Source: Schmidtea polychroa (lineage: Eukaryota). Taken from it: 64,000 bases of DNA. A program made the position numbers and the translations under genes. Location: the NCBI GenBank assembly GCA_044892525.1, contig CM097885.1, forward strand, positions 228,160,001 through 228,224,000, written 5' to 3'. Each line of letters opens with the position of its first letter. Position 1 is the stretch's first letter. Below are positions 1 through 13,829 of this stretch, in pieces. The notes beneath the pieces were generated by a model that had not been told where the DNA came from, made no database searches, and saw only the letters and a list, made by a program, of their open reading frames with translations.

Positions 1-222
1 TAAATCATCATAAAAAGATTGTTTCAGTTTCTTAGTTGATGAAGGCCTGGAACTGTAGGCCTCAAGTATTTCTTCCCTTTTCTTGTGACAAATGTTTGAT
101 ATTGATGAAGATGATATTTTATATTTTCTGGCCAATGATGCTTGGCTTTCTCCTTTCTCAAAAAGTGCTATGATTTCAAATTTCTGTTTGAGTGTTAGAA
201 TTGACCTAGAAGTTGATTTCAT
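1..222 (-). CDS. pogo/Tigger-family transposase N-terminus (CENP-B-type HTH), runs off the window start
   Basis: Open frame from ATG at 222: MKSTSRSILTLKQKFEIIALFEKGESQASLARKYKISSSSISNICHKKREEILEAYSSRPSSTKKLKQSFYDDL. This matches the LTLxxKxEII..GESxxxLAxxY HTH and the start of the second CENP-B HTH. Absent from the ORF track because its stop lies outside the window. Confidence 0.8.
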   Translation of the reverse strand, partial: MKSTSRSILTLKQKFEIIALFEKGESQASLARKYKISSSSISNICHKKREEILEAYSSRPSSTKKLKQSFYDDL

Positions 223-452
223 TATGGCCTAAAATTTTTAAGTAAAATAATATTTTCAATTAATCAAATAACCTTTAATCAGGTTACCATTTAATCAATT
301 ACCTTTTTAAAACAAAAATAAAAAATAAACCCAAAATAAAAAAATGTTCTCTTTAACCGATCATCGGTTAAAGAGAACATTTACACTGAAAAATTGGGGT
401 AAATGCCGATTTTGTTCTCTTTAAGCAAGTTCTCTATAAGCGAAATCTACTG
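1..452 (-). mobile_element. 5' end of a pogo/Tigger DNA transposon
   Basis: TA-flanked terminus TA|CAGTAGATTTCGCTTATAGAGAAC (452 downward), subterminal GTTCTCTTTAA repeats, and the transposase ORF above. Confidence 0.7.
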
Positions 453-796
453 TAGTATAAAGTATGGCATGTGCCGAGTTTTGCAAATGATGTTTATTCA
501 TAATATAATTATAACAGACAAATGAAAAAATTTAGAACTGAGTGTCATTAGTGATAATCCTTATGATTGTAAACATTGAAAAATATTTTGTGTACAATAT
601 TTAAAAAAGAACATTACCGCATTTGGATTATTTTTGAACAAAAACTTCAAAAATTTACTAAAAGAGATACGCTAAATTTCGGGGTAAATTTAAATAAATC
701 TAGCAAATATAACTAAAAATATCCAACAAACGTGAAATAAACTTAATAAATTTCTATGGTAATTTTTCATTTCTAAATTATAATTTATATTATATG

Positions 797-960
797 CAGT
801 GCCGCCGTAACCGGGTGTGCAAGTTGTGCACAGCTCACTGGCGGCAGGAGAGAGTAGCGGCTGGAAATGAATAATGCCCTAGGGGGAACATAAGAATTTT
901 CGCTGTATATAAGGATGAGCGGAAGGAGAATGAGGGCTGCGAGGACAGCGGAATTTTGCC
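797..960 (+). mobile_element. Probable left end of a hAT-like non-autonomous element
   Basis: Abrupt GC-rich block starting CAGTGCCGCCGTAACCGGGTGTGCA; no matching right end found. Confidence 0.3.
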
Positions 961-1971
961 TTTGTATAATTTATATGTGTTACTTGTAAAAGATTTGAGT
1001 TAGGTAGGTATGCTGTAAAGTGTTTATTATTTTTAGGTAGAATGACTTTTATATAAATTAGTTTTAAATTCCATTTTAAAATAAAAATAATAAAACGTTT
1101 TCATCAATCATTTCTTGGAAATATTACAGATTAAAACAGCTTACAGAATTAATAAATTATACATAAAATCATAGGTTTAACTTTCTATTTATGCTGTTGA
1201 TCATTGGTAAATATTTTTACGTTTAAACTAATTTTGAATCTATTTTTCAATGTTTTCTTGAATGTAAAAATAAGATTATAGCACGAAAACGGTTTGACCT
1301 GCTCCCCTATATCCGATATTGCAAAAAATTTTTGAATGATTATGCAATAAATATAAAGATTAAATATCATTTTTAACTTTCGGGAATACATGATTTTCAT
1401 CCCATGAAAATCACAAAACCGTTAAAATTTCTCAACACCGACCATTTTATTATTTTTCCACGAAAAATGATTTATTATTAAAAGTAAAAGTTTTTAATCA
1501 ATCATTTAACATATTTTTATAATAAAATTTTTGTTTTACTAGTTTTCAAATATACATTTTAAAAAGACAATAAAATATATAAAATTTAAATAATAAAATA
1601 AATAAATTATTATTATCTGTCAAAAATCCTGTTTGATGTTTTTTATAAATATTTTGTGAAACTATTTAACAGTTGGTTTTGAAGTTTTGAAAAAAGATTC
1701 TTTCGTGGTAAATTATTAGTTAGTTATAACAATAATGTTGAAATTTATCGTTGGTAGTAATTTTCTACCACCAGTCAAAATATTACAATTGGAATTAAAA
1801 ACTTCATAAGTTAAAAGCTTTTAATTATTTTAATTATTTTTTTAAAAAACTAACTTAGTGCTTATTTTTGGATAAATTAATTTATTGAACCAATAATTCT
1901 TTGATTTCAAACCATTAAATTCATCATTTATATTAAAATAGTTATTTCATCACTTTCATGAAGGTCTTCAT

Positions 1972-2548
1972 CAGTGGCGTAGCTACCATATAGCAAGAGT
2001 AAGCAATGCATAGGGACCCAAAAGACAAGGGGGGGGGGGGTCTTTTTTCCAAGTTTCCTTAATTTTCTTCAGAAAACAATGTCAAATAACGGCACGGTCG
2101 GCACCAGTCAACAGGGACCTCCAAATGATCGATTTGTGGTTTTATGTAATAAAGCTCCACTGTTTTGTTTACTTATTGCATTAAGTACATTATTTACCTG
2201 CATTTTACCTATTTATGCAATCCCCTCTGCCTCTCCCTCGCTAATAATAAACCGTATAAGCAAGCAACTTTAGTTATCTAAGTAAATCGCCCATTCATAT
2301 AGGGGTCGAAAAAATTGTTTCGTTTGTCGGCTATACACATTTGTCCCTGATACATTATTATCATTTTATAACGATTTATACTGTTATATTGTATATTGAG
2401 CTCTAATTATTTAATTAAATCGTCTTTCCAAAGAGGACCCAAAAAAATGTTTTGCCTGTGGCGCAAAACTCCTCTGTAACTATAAGCCCTCTTTCAATTA
2501 ACACTCTCCTCTCCCTTTAAAAATATCTTGTGTAGGCCTACGCCACTG
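1972..2548. mobile_element. hAT-type MITE (577 bp)
   Basis: TIR CAGTGGCGTAG / CTACGCCACTG; flanks GTCTTCAT and GTCTCAT(A), an 8-bp TSD with a 1-nt indel. Confidence 0.75.
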
Positions 2549-4199
2549 GTCTCATACCGTACAAAATAAAAAAGGTGTTCCATCAAAATTTCGAGAGTTA
2601 CGAAGTGTTCCGTCGCAGGAAAGGTTTGAGAAACCCATGTATTTTCAGTTTCCAGAAGATATATTCCAGGAACTTTCTTAATGAAATCCTTTTTTACTTT
2701 TTTAATAATTGCTAATTCTAATTGCTAAAAGCATTTCTTGTCTTTTAACTTAAACAAAATGTTTAACTCTTTAAATTGAATCACAAAACAATGTCGCAGA
2801 ATTTCGTTACAAGAAAAGTTATTTTGTAATAATGTTTTTATAGCATTTGCAGTATAAATAAGGTGACTGCATTTGGGATTTTTCCCACGAGTTCGAAATG
2901 AAAATAACTATTTATTTGATAAACTTTATCAATAAGTTTTATTTCGAATTTCTTTTGGATCAAAAAAACTAGCAATTTTGAATATTTTTCTGAACTTCTC
3001 GCGACACCCTGGTTGGTCGTTTTTGATATAAATGGTTCAAGTAAAACTTTGATTCCTTGGTTTATCAGATTTTCGAAATGTACATTACCAATTCAGTGAA
3101 CATTTTGCAAAAACAGTCATTTAAATATTTATAAAATGCACGAGGCTCATCTTTCTAAAAAAGATTTTTTTGTTTCATTGAATTTTAAAAACTATTATTT
3201 TTAGTAAAATATAAATTTAAATACATAGAAAATGATTTATTCATGGAAGTTAAAATCCGCTGCCTCCTATTAATTATAAACAATCGCACTAATTTAGAAA
3301 CAAAAAATATAACTAAATAATTTTTTATTTCCATTAAAAACTATTGAAGAATTCCTCACAATTTTCATCCAACTGATAAGTTTTTGATGAAAAAGCAAAA
3401 TCTTAAAAAATCATTGGCACTTAATAAAATTAGGCGAATAAAAAATTGAAATTATTTGTCATTGGATAATTTTCCAATTAATAATATATTAAATTAAGCC
3501 AAACAAAACAATCCATTTTAAGAAGTTTCGCTTTTTAATCAACTAATTTTCTAATGGGTTTATTTCACTTATAAATTAAAACTTCAGTAAATTTTACTAG
3601 AAAAATTTAAATATTCTTACAAGTCCAACATATTCCAAATATTTAAGATTTTCAAAATGAATTTGATTATTATTTTTGAATTTAGTATTTTATATATATA
3701 TATATATATAATTATTTATGTATAATTATTTATTTTTAAATTATACATTCTCTTTTAAAAGTCTTTAAAATTTTTTAAAAACTACATAATTCACAACCAA
3801 AAAAATTAAATTTTAATTTTAATCACCAATTCATAAATTTATAAATTTTAAAAACAAAATGCATTTAAAAACAATAACAATCTCCTTACCATTAATTTAA
3901 CATCCAAACTGTTTATATACCAAAACTATTTATTGACATTTGCATTCACTACCTTTTGCACATAATTTATTTAAAATTCATGCTTTTACTTTTCTAGTAT
4001 TCCAGAAGACTCATGAAGTTTTATAATTCGTTCAGATGAAAGGAACTCAACATTTGATTTATTGAGACTTGTCTTGATGAGAAAATGATTTCTTTCATTT
4101 TTAAAATGAAACTTAGTGATTACCTTTCAAGTAAATATATTCAATTAATACATTGGAGAACGTTAAGAAGATTTTTGAAATAAGAGAAGATAAGAAGGA

Positions 4200-5100
4200 C
4201 TTACATTGACAAAAAAATTTAAACAATTGGATTAAAGTTGAATAATATAGCTAATGAGTTTTGTTTGCAAGTATATTGAATGATGTATTAGAAATTTCAT
4301 GGAAGTCTTGACTGCTGGAGCAGATATTTCTCTGGTCGGTCAATTTGGTGTCGCTTTCAATAAATATATTGTACGAATTAGTTTTATGTTCCTACATCAT
4401 TGTATAAAAAATTGTATTGATGACACAAAAATTATATGCAAAGATTGAAATTTTGTATGTGCAGATATCCCAATCAATGCAGGATATTAGTATTCATTCC
4501 AGGAAGTGTTTGTTGAGTTTGAGTACGATGGAATATGCGGATAAAAATAAGAGCATAATATTAAGGATTTTTGGTTTTGTATTTCTTGACTATGATGCGT
4601 ATTTGGATAAGTTGAATAATGTGTGTCATTGAATTCAGTTTGTTGAAATTAAATAATTTTTGGAAGAATAGAAAATTATCTAATTTTAAAAATGAAAGTT
4701 TATTGCAAGATATATCTGGTGATTTAATTAAGAATGAATATATTGTGTTCGCTAAATATATTTGCCAGGTTGGGTCGCAAACAGCAAAAATATATGACCT
4801 CCCAATAATGCATAATGATGGTGTACCTATAAGATCTTGTTTTTTTCTATGGTTAGTACTACCCAATGTAAAACGGATACATGTGTATATGAGTTATTAA
4901 AACCGTTAATAGCATCAGAGTTTTAATGTAAATATAATTTTGAATTCATTTCTTGTATTGTACAGTGAAATAGACACGGTGTTGATAAGATTATGATTTC
5001 ATTTGATGTTTGTATTAGGTTGATTGCTGGTTTTTTTCAACAAAAATATTAATAAATTTAAACAAATAATCTTTAAATGATTATTCCGGAGCATATCTAT
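4200..5100 (+). pseudogene. Penelope-like element (PLE) reverse transcriptase relic, N-terminal half
   Basis: Frameshifted motifs ADKNKSII..DYDAYLDKLNN, TAKIYDLPIMHNDGVPIR, SMVSTTQ..YELLKPL and MISFDV correspond to PLE RT ADKG..., P.LYGLPK.HK..VP.RPI and SFDV.SLFT. Confidence 0.7.
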
Positions 5101-5199
5101 TGCGAAGTATTCTTTATATATCATAACTTAATTTCATCTTTATAATCCCTTTTAAAATTTCCTATCAGATTATTGAAATCATTAGAATTTTTATTAGGT

Positions 5200-5640
5200 T
5201 GACTGCCGAAAGTGTAAAACACCTTTTCGATGCGTGATCTTTCAATAATACTATTATTATAAATTTTTACGTTTCGTTTCTTTTGTAGTACATCGCATAA
5301 TATTGTACATTAGTCTCGATAATGAACCAGTTTTTTGATGCAAAATTCCTTTCCTATATTTTATTTCTATTTACGTCGATTTCCAGTTCGGTTCTCCATA
5401 TACAATATTGTGTAGAGTTAAGATTATCCCAGTTCAGGCACCAATTTAATTTTCGATGATCCATTCTATTAATAAACTTCCTTCCTAATATATATTGTAG
5501 CGACGGCGAACCTATGACCCACGGGTAAAACACTGACCCAAGCAACGAATTCAAGTGACCCACAATTTGTTCTGTATTTTTAATTATAAAATAATAATCA
5601 TACAAATGTGTTCGAATGTATATCTAATTAATGTATAATA
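5200..5640 (-). pseudogene. Penelope-like element RT C-terminal relic, inverted relative to the previous feature
   Basis: YDYYFIIKNTEQIVGHLNSL...GRKFINRMDHRKLNWCLNWDNLNS resembles PLE RYVDDIF...LNSLH..IKFT...F.T.VYRKPT.T..YLNF.S. Confidence 0.5.
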
Positions 5641-5940
5641 AATAAAATCATATTATATTTACATGAATTTTTGTTAAATTTTCATAACTAAAATAATACC
5701 TAACCCGTTAGTTGATATTTTCAAAAAATAAATTCAATTGCGTTTTCCTTGTCAAAAAGGTTCGCCATCGCTGATATAGTGTATCTTAATGAAAGCATAA
5801 ATACTCTAGAGCAGGTGTTCCCAACCTTTCCATAGTACCTTACCTGTACATTGTAAACAATTTGATGGCGTACTGGTAAACCTAATTTTTTTAATTGGGT
5901 ATAAAATGCAATGGCGATTTGTAATAAAGACAAGTAACTT

Positions 5941-5943
<3 letters not shown>

Positions 5944-6017
<74 letters not shown>
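5944..6017. repeat. (TA)n microsatellite
   Basis: Direct observation. Confidence 0.95.
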
Positions 6018-6019
<2 letters not shown>

Positions 6020-9000
6020 TGCTAAACATATAAATAAAATATAATTATGACTTAAAAAGTAGTTAGTGAGAAGGTTGGGAGTGTTATTATCAACTAAAGA
6101 AGAAATATCGGGTTCAATGTTTGTCAATTTAAGGCGAAGATCCGATTAAATGTCCAGCAAAGCTCTATACTTGGTTTTCATCGCAGTTGTGATGTAATTA
6201 TAATGGAATATTTGATTTCCCTAACATTTAACTCATATTATGTATGTGTGATTTATTATTTTTTATTGTCTGGGTCCTTAAATTATGTCACTGATTATTG
6301 CTAAGATTGCTGAGATTGCTGATTGTGTTGGTTTCGGCACACCGGATACTATAAATAGTACTACAATTTCTTAATAAAAGCTTTTGGAATTTATCAAATT
6401 ATTCTTATTCTTTATAGCAGTCATTGCAGAAAATCCTGTTTCACATAACTATGTGGTCGCAAATGGCATTAAAAACTTTAGAAAATTAGAAATTGTATTA
6501 TTAAAATGTATGGAGAATATTAAAATGTATTGGTTATTGTAGTCATGTTTTTTTCCTCAAAACAAATTTTTAATAGATTTTTGTTTTATATATAGTAAAG
6601 TAATTCGCGTATCAATCAACATTTCACAGATAAAAACTTTTAAAATTACGAGCAAACTTAAATGCTTTTGATATGACTGCATTTCTTGACTCTTTCAGTA
6701 TTCCTACCCATATAAGACGGATGGAATACAGATCTATTCAGTTAAAAAATTTAACTAATGTATTAATTTGTATCCCATTTCTCTTCATATAGCGCAATCC
6801 AATATATGTGTTAGACTGTATTGACCGAGTATTAATTATATCCATTTAAATTAACGAAAGATTCGATATATTCGGTGTCAAAAGTTGGATGCCGTTGAAG
6901 ATTTTCTTTACTTCGGTGTGGAGGGGAAAAGGAAATGGCCATTCAACAAAACTATGAAATAAAAAACAAAACACTTTTCAAAAGATATAATCATTTGAAA
7001 AAATTACATACTTTTGAAATCATATAGTCACTTTGTATTGTAAAGCATTCAATCCACCAGCCGTTAAATACATCTAATTTTAACGTGTGTTTAAATCAAC
7101 GAAGGCCGATGTGATTTTAATAAAACTTTATATTTGTTGTTTAAACTAGTGGTGCGCAATTTGAAATAAATTTAGTAAAATTATTATAAATGTTTCTTGA
7201 TGATAATTGATAAATTTTTAAAGACTATTTATGTGTTGTTTAAATATTCAAATTTTTGATGTGCATTTAAAAATTAAATTTTAATAGTTTTCAACAAATT
7301 TTTGAATTTATGAGAGAAATTAAATTTCCCGACAAAATTTTTCAATATTCGAATCTTGCTCCATGAAATGAAAATGTGCAATAAATTTTGCGCAACTCTA
7401 CTAGGAATTTATTCCTAATTTGGATGCAATTATAAACATTAGTTTTGGAGTATATATTTGTTTTAATTCGTGTTTAATAGAATTTTTATTTCTTAATCTC
7501 ATTAATCTGAATTTTGAATAAATATGAAATAATTTTTAAAATACAAACTTGAATTTTAAAATTCCAGCTTTAAAAATGTGTTTTACTTACCATGTTTTTA
7601 CTTTAATCCGGCGGTGGTATTCAAACTCAAACAATTGCCTACCCCTGAGATAGATTAAACTTAAAACAAACCCAGTTTAAAATGGAATGGAAATAGTTAT
7701 TTGATAATTTTAATGTATTTATATTGATTCAAAAAGAATTGAATATTAAATCAGAATAATGACTTAAAAATAAATAATTAAACTAGGAAATAAATAAATT
7801 TAAATTTATTTAATAATGATATCTCCATCATTAATTTAATTAGTTAAATCAGAAATAGTTTTCTAATTGCCATACATACTTCATCAGAATTTAATTAGTG
7901 TCACAATGCCTAATTATAGGAAAAGTTTAATACTTTGTGTTTTCCTTTTATATTATTTTTTTACTTTAAACATATAAACATAAATACGAGGTTTGTGACT
8001 ATAATGAACTCATGTCTCTNNNNNNNNNNNNNNNNNNNNNNNNNNNNNNNNNNNNNNNNNNNNNNNNNNNNNNNNNNNNNNNNNNNNNNNNNNNNNNNNN
8101 NNNNNNNNNNNNNNNNNNNNNNNNNNNNNNNNNNNNNNNNNNNNNNNNNNNNNNNNNNNNNNNNNNNNNNNNNNNNNNNNNNNNNNNNNNNNNNNNNNNN
8201 NNNNNNNNNNNNNNNNNNNNNNNNNNNNNNNNNNNTGTTGTAACATCTGTATGTATGATATTAATGTTTCTACTTGCTCTGCATACAAATAAGTTATTTA
8301 TAACAATAAGTAGATAAATTTAACAACAATTTAACCACGATTTTTTCATTGTATGAATACTGAAACTCTTCAATAATGCAAGATTCATATGAATCATGAA
8401 AAAGTGCAACAAAATCACGAAAATTTAAAAGTTTTGTTAAGAAAACTCTATTAAGGCGTATTTCGAAAACACTTGGACATTTACTAAAAATGTTGTATTT
8501 AAAGAATTGCTAAATTAAGTATTTTGCATTATGCAATAATTTAAAATAGCGTTATAAGAGATAATTGCATGTTTTAATTTGTATTATAAAATAGAAATAA
8601 CTAATTACTGTAAACCTGAAATTCAAACAGAGAAAGACCACCATTTGAAGGGTTACAATTGATAATAATAATTTATACAATTTTAAGTGTATTTTAAACG
8701 TTTTATAAAAAAATGTCCATTATAACTTTTGTGATTGAAAATTGTAATGCTACTGATATTTTAATTGTTCATATTTATTATAATTTTTTGAATGAATTCA
8801 AATTAAAAGAATATTACTTAGGACATGGGTTCCCAGACTGTAAGCTCTGGGGTCTATGGAAGTGTCCAAATATTCCAAGAATAGAAAATAAAGCAATATT
8901 TACTAGATGTGTATGTTTGAAACATTTCATAATCTTACTTGTTTCTTTGATATCCTTTTTTAAATTTGCTATAATAATGTAACTATATTGGTAAATCTTA

Positions 9001-9379
9001 GTAAAGACTTTTTATTATTATTTGAGACCTTTTCATTTTGTTAATAATTTCTGTTATTAAAAACCATGTTATTTATTTATTTTTTTTATTTAATAAAATA
9101 TAAAATAAATTTTAACTTAAATCTAAATTAATGAAATGTATATTACAAATCTTTATTAATTCTGTCACAATATTTATTAGAATTAAAATTGAATAATATA
9201 TGAGTTAAATTCAGGTTAAATAATGATGGGATAATTGGATATTCATAAAATATTCCATAAAAAACTATTGGTAACGGAACTTTTGTTTTATCAATGTTAA
9301 ATTAGTTATTTAATATTGGAGTTGAATAATAAAACAAATCAAAGTAATTAGTTTTTAAAATAAAATGATTCAAATTCAA

Positions 9380-9700
9380 TGAGCTTTGATGGGATATAAA
9401 GAAATGGGATATTCAGTAAACTGACTCAAGGATTTGATATAATAAAATAAAACTAGAAATACCAAGAATAAAAATCTTTAAAAAGAATGACACAGATTTC
9501 AAAAATGTGTAATGTCTTGGAAGGCATTCTAATAAACTTCATCTCTGATGCAATTATGACAAAAAGACAAATGGGTTTCAGTAGGGAATCTGTTCTTATT
9601 TTGTTTGATTTATATGATACACATGTAAATATTGTTGAATTAGTGAATGTGCAACAGAAATATGTGAAACATAACATCTATTTCAAGTTAATACCACAAT
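9380..9700 (+). pseudogene. Degenerate non-LTR (LINE) RT fragment
   Basis: SKMCNVLEGILINFISDAIMTKRQMGFSRESVLILFDL resembles LINE RT K.LE.I....L......Q.GF...D; many stops around it. Confidence 0.3.
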
Positions 9701-10139
9701 ATTTCATTGAGAAAATATATTTTAATTTGAATTAAAATATGCGCTATGCGTTGATAGAAATCCCAATACATGACCAATATTTTCAATCTTCTAATTTCAC
9801 TTCATTTATGAAATACTACGTCATTCATTATGATAACACAATTTTTTTATTATAAATGGAGAGTATTAAAAATAATCTATCAAAATATGCAAGCATTATA
9901 AGCCTGTTTCCAGGACCATTCAGTTTTTTAAAGTGCTTGTACATTTCATTTGAAAAGAGTTCATATTTACAAAAAAATCAAATAAATTGCGCGCTTACTA
10001 TATTTAAAGGAAGGCTGTGTAGTGCCTCTGACTTTCAAATTAATAAATATATTAATTTTATAATTAAATTTAAAATACATTATTAAATTAAACAAATTAA
10101 AATGATTGTTTAAATATTCATAAAAAACATTCATGCTTC

Positions 10140-10421
10140 TTTCGAACATCGCTACCTTTATTCAAAAAATGTATACAAAACAATAAAATTCTATCAATTT
10201 ACTGGAAGTCAGTTTCCCTCGAAAATACGTCATTCCAACATTTGAAACTTCAGATCATCAATAAGGTCGCATGCTTGCTTCTATATTGGATTAGTTATGG
10301 CAACAGGACCAATAACAGGCTCGTACTCAATCAAGACTGGAAGCTATATTAGTGAAAATACTAGAAACACTTTATTCAAAGATATCGCTTTCAATAAGTA
10401 TATTGTACGAATTAGTTTTAT
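10140..10421 (+). mobile_element. Probable 3' end / pseudo-LTR fragment of a Penelope-like element
   Basis: TCGCTTTCAATAAGTATATTGTACGAATTAGTTTTATG (about 10385-10421) matches 4351-4388 at 37/38 nt, next to the PLE RT relic; upstream frame ends ...RLVLNQDWKLY*. Confidence 0.4.
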
Positions 10422-10509
10422 GAAATATAAAATTAAGAATGAAATAATAAAATTGAACTTAAATTTCTTATTATTGATAATATTTATTTAATAAATAAAT
10501 TTATAATTA

Positions 10510-10674
10510 TCATTTTGTATTAATATAGGACTCAGATTCACCAAGAATGTCAGTTAGCATTAATGCGCTTGTTTTAGCCAGAGACTGTGGCATTTTGGAC
10601 TGGGATGACAGCGTTTCAGACGTGATAGATGATCGAGAATTGGTAAGATTTCCTATTATGTCCATATTATGTTC
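10510..10674 (-). CDS. Possible terminal exon of an unidentified minus-strand gene
   Basis: Acceptor TATGCCAG then phase-0 EHNMDIIGNLTNSRSSITSETLSSQSKMPQSLAKTSALMLTDILGESESYINTK*; raised GC. A phase-compatible 33-nt AG..GTAAGT candidate exon lies at 10939-10971. Confidence 0.35.
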   Translation of the reverse strand, partial: EHNMDIIGNLTNSRSSITSETLSSQSKMPQSLAKTSALMLTDILGESESYINTK

Positions 10675-12419
10675 CTGGCATATATAATAAAATATTATAT
10701 TTCCCAAAGATAAGAAAAGAGTTTAACCTTTTTAGAATATTTGTTTTTTGTTATATTTCTATATTTTGCTTTTATCATGTTTTCTTAATTATTTTGAAAA
10801 TGACATTTTTTATTCGAATGTAATTATTTCTTTTTAGAAAATTTTATAAAATTATTACACTGTAAAATAATTATGTTTGTTTTCAAACCCAATGTTTGAC
10901 CATCATCCTGCGGCAAAGTGGCATGTTGTTTCACTTACAATGCAGTTACAATTCCTCGGGTACGCTCTAACCTTAAATTTGTGTTTTTCATTCTATATTC
11001 CATTAAAATAATCCTTATAACTAATATGAATATTTCATATCAAAAAGAAGTTTAACTTATTTTTTTTCTTTTCTTCATTAATATAATCTTTCAATTTCCT
11101 ATTGTTTTTGTTAACTTAATGCTTTAACAAATAATAATTTAAACAGATTAAAACACTTGTTAAAAATTCAATTCATAAAATGAAATTTATCAATTTTTTG
11201 AATTTAACTAAATTTTTATATTTTTTGAATTTAAGATAATAAATTAAGATTTAATTTTTAATTTAAAAAAAATTAAAATTAGTTAATGAATAATTAAAAA
11301 TTTGTTCAAAAAAATTAAAAAATTAAAATTAAATAAGTTGAAATATATATTTACATTTCGAAATGAAGATTAGGGAAATTATAATTTATTTTGATATTTA
11401 ACAAATAAACTTTAAAAGTTTCACATATCACAACAAAAACAATGTTTTTTCATTATTTTAGAAAATAGATTTGCTAACTGGTAATTTGATATTCGTCAAT
11501 CATGTTTTACAATAATTTTGATTTTATTTCAAGGGATTTATCCCAATAAATTTCAAATAATTTCAGTAATTAAGATGACACTGTCTAAACTTCAATTCTT
11601 TATTTTCTTAATCAAAGAATAATTTTGCTTCATCAGAATTGTCAAGTTAAAAACAAATAAAACTTTTCGTAAACACGAATACAATTACATTTCGTGGAAA
11701 ATTCAAATAAATTGTTCCATCTTTTTGAATTTCTTTTATTTATATATCTTGTCAAATTTTATCAATTTACTTCATTTTAACTAATTTTTAAGTTTATAAA
11801 AATAAACTAGATATTCATAGTTTCTTGGTAGCAACAAATTGTATATTACATATATAAATAATATTGAAAGCCTTTACTGCTAGTTTCATTTACTGAGAGT
11901 TTTCGATTATAAAATAATCCCCTACAATCTATTACAAAACTTATTTGATTTTGTAATCTTTCCAATCGGTCACCTACTTATGTTTAAAGAAATTATTTAA
12001 AAAAAAACCAATTTCATTAACAATCATATTAAAAAAATTCTTAACACTAAATTTACAGAACCCGTCAATTTGGTAGATTCAATTTTTAAAATTAAAAATA
12101 CAAGAGAAATATTATTTTTTTCAATTTTTTTATGTTGGTTATTAATGATACAATGATACGCGAATATATCACTATCCTTTTTTTGTCGCCCTTTTAGTTT
12201 AGAGGAAATGTGTTGTATATACCCATTTTTACGGACACCCGTCAAATTATCATTTAATGTCAGTAAATCTAGTGTTAATGAATAAAACTCCCACAAAAGA
12301 ATTATAAACTTTACTCATTTATATAATTATAAACAGATGATTAAAATTTTCAACCTAACTTTATCAAACATGATAATGTTACCAGAATAGCTTAAGTGCA
12401 CTTGATTTATTATTCGAAG

Positions 12420-13050
12420 AAGTTTAATCTATTTAAAATTTACAACTTATTATATTGGAGTAGAGCAACGAGCTTATGAATACCATCAAAAGGGTAATCC
12501 TCGAAGCTTTATTTCTTTTCTCCCTCTTTTTGACAATTGTGCTTATTTCATTTGCATCAAAATACCGTAGCCTTTAAATGGATGAAGTTGTCTTTTTGTC
12601 TTTTACAAATAATTGATATTCAATCATAATGTTTTTAATCAAAGGTTCCACAACTTAAGTTAATGACTATCGAAAGACTTAAGTTCAGAGAATATGCTTG
12701 ATAATGGTAGTGTAATTTTTTCAGGAGTCTTCACGTGGTCTTTACTGTCATAATATAATATTATCTTTCTTATTAATTGGCCACTGAAAAAAAGCATTTG
12801 TTGGATTTATATTCAAGGAGTTTGTAGAATAAGATATAACCCGTTTCTAGATTGCATAGAAATGCTGTTTTTTCTTATGTCTTTGAAAAGTATAGCTATC
12901 AAAATTATTTGAAGAGATATTTCATTTTTGGCGCAGTTATTTATTTTTGGACTTGATATATATGTAAAATAATTTGTTATATGTTAATGGTTTCTAGTAT
13001 AGAGAAAAGAACCATGTCCTTGCTAAATTGTGAATTGAAAGTAAACCATA
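12420..13050 (-). pseudogene. Highly degenerate coding relic, possibly PLE C-terminal region
   Basis: Fragments SMQSRNG (cf. L..NGYP) and PEKITLPLSSIFSEL (cf. ITLPY...SE); many stops. Confidence 0.3.
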
Positions 13051-13829
13051 TTTGCTACAGATGTAAGAGAATAGCGGTTCTTTCTTTCTTTCTTTCTTCT
13101 TAAATGCTTCAAATTATATGTATTAATGAATTCAGTTACAAAATTAAAAATGTTTCTCCGTAAAATGCATGCGTAAATCAGTTTATAAGATTATCCATCT
13201 ATGAAATTATTTAATTAAAAATAAGTGAAACAAATTGGTGTAAGTAGACATTGGGATATATATAGTTGAGTCTCTCTTATAAAAATTGGGTTAATGTTGT
13301 TAAACTACCAAAATTACTGTGTAATATTGCCTGACTGCTATTATTGCAAATGTTCCATTTATATAATTTTCTCTCATCGTATTCTCGTGATACAATTCAC
13401 TCCACTCATTTTAAATATAACTTTATTTTATAAAATTAATTAATTGATATTAATTTCTTAATAAATTTAACTCTACGTTAGACGCCTATTTTGGTGACGA
13501 GTTTATGTCGTGTGGTTTTCGACTGTAAACTATTTCTATTGGCCTAAAATAGCGAAATTTGATTATTATTACTTTATATAATTTATAATAGTGTGTTTAT
13601 TGAAATTAGCTTTTGTATACCAAATATCATTTTTATTGAAATATTTGTTAATTTGCTAGTGAAAAAATAGACAAAATAAAAATTTATATAAATATTAATA
13701 TGATAAACAATGTATTATTTTTTATTAATACGTAAAAGATACAAATATACTGTAAAGTAAAGTTTGAATATGAAGATAAATATTGAATATTCTCTTACGT
13801 GGTTCTTGTAATCATATTTGCCATATTCT

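Noticed and set aside
5721-6127. Track ORFs with YIYIYI runs (also 39968-40189)
   Set aside because: Translation of (TA)n microsatellites.
10330-10370. Possible degenerate hammerhead in the PLE-like tail (GACTGGAAGCTATATTAGTGAAA)
   Set aside because: The core lacks CUGANGA and the stems are unsupported.
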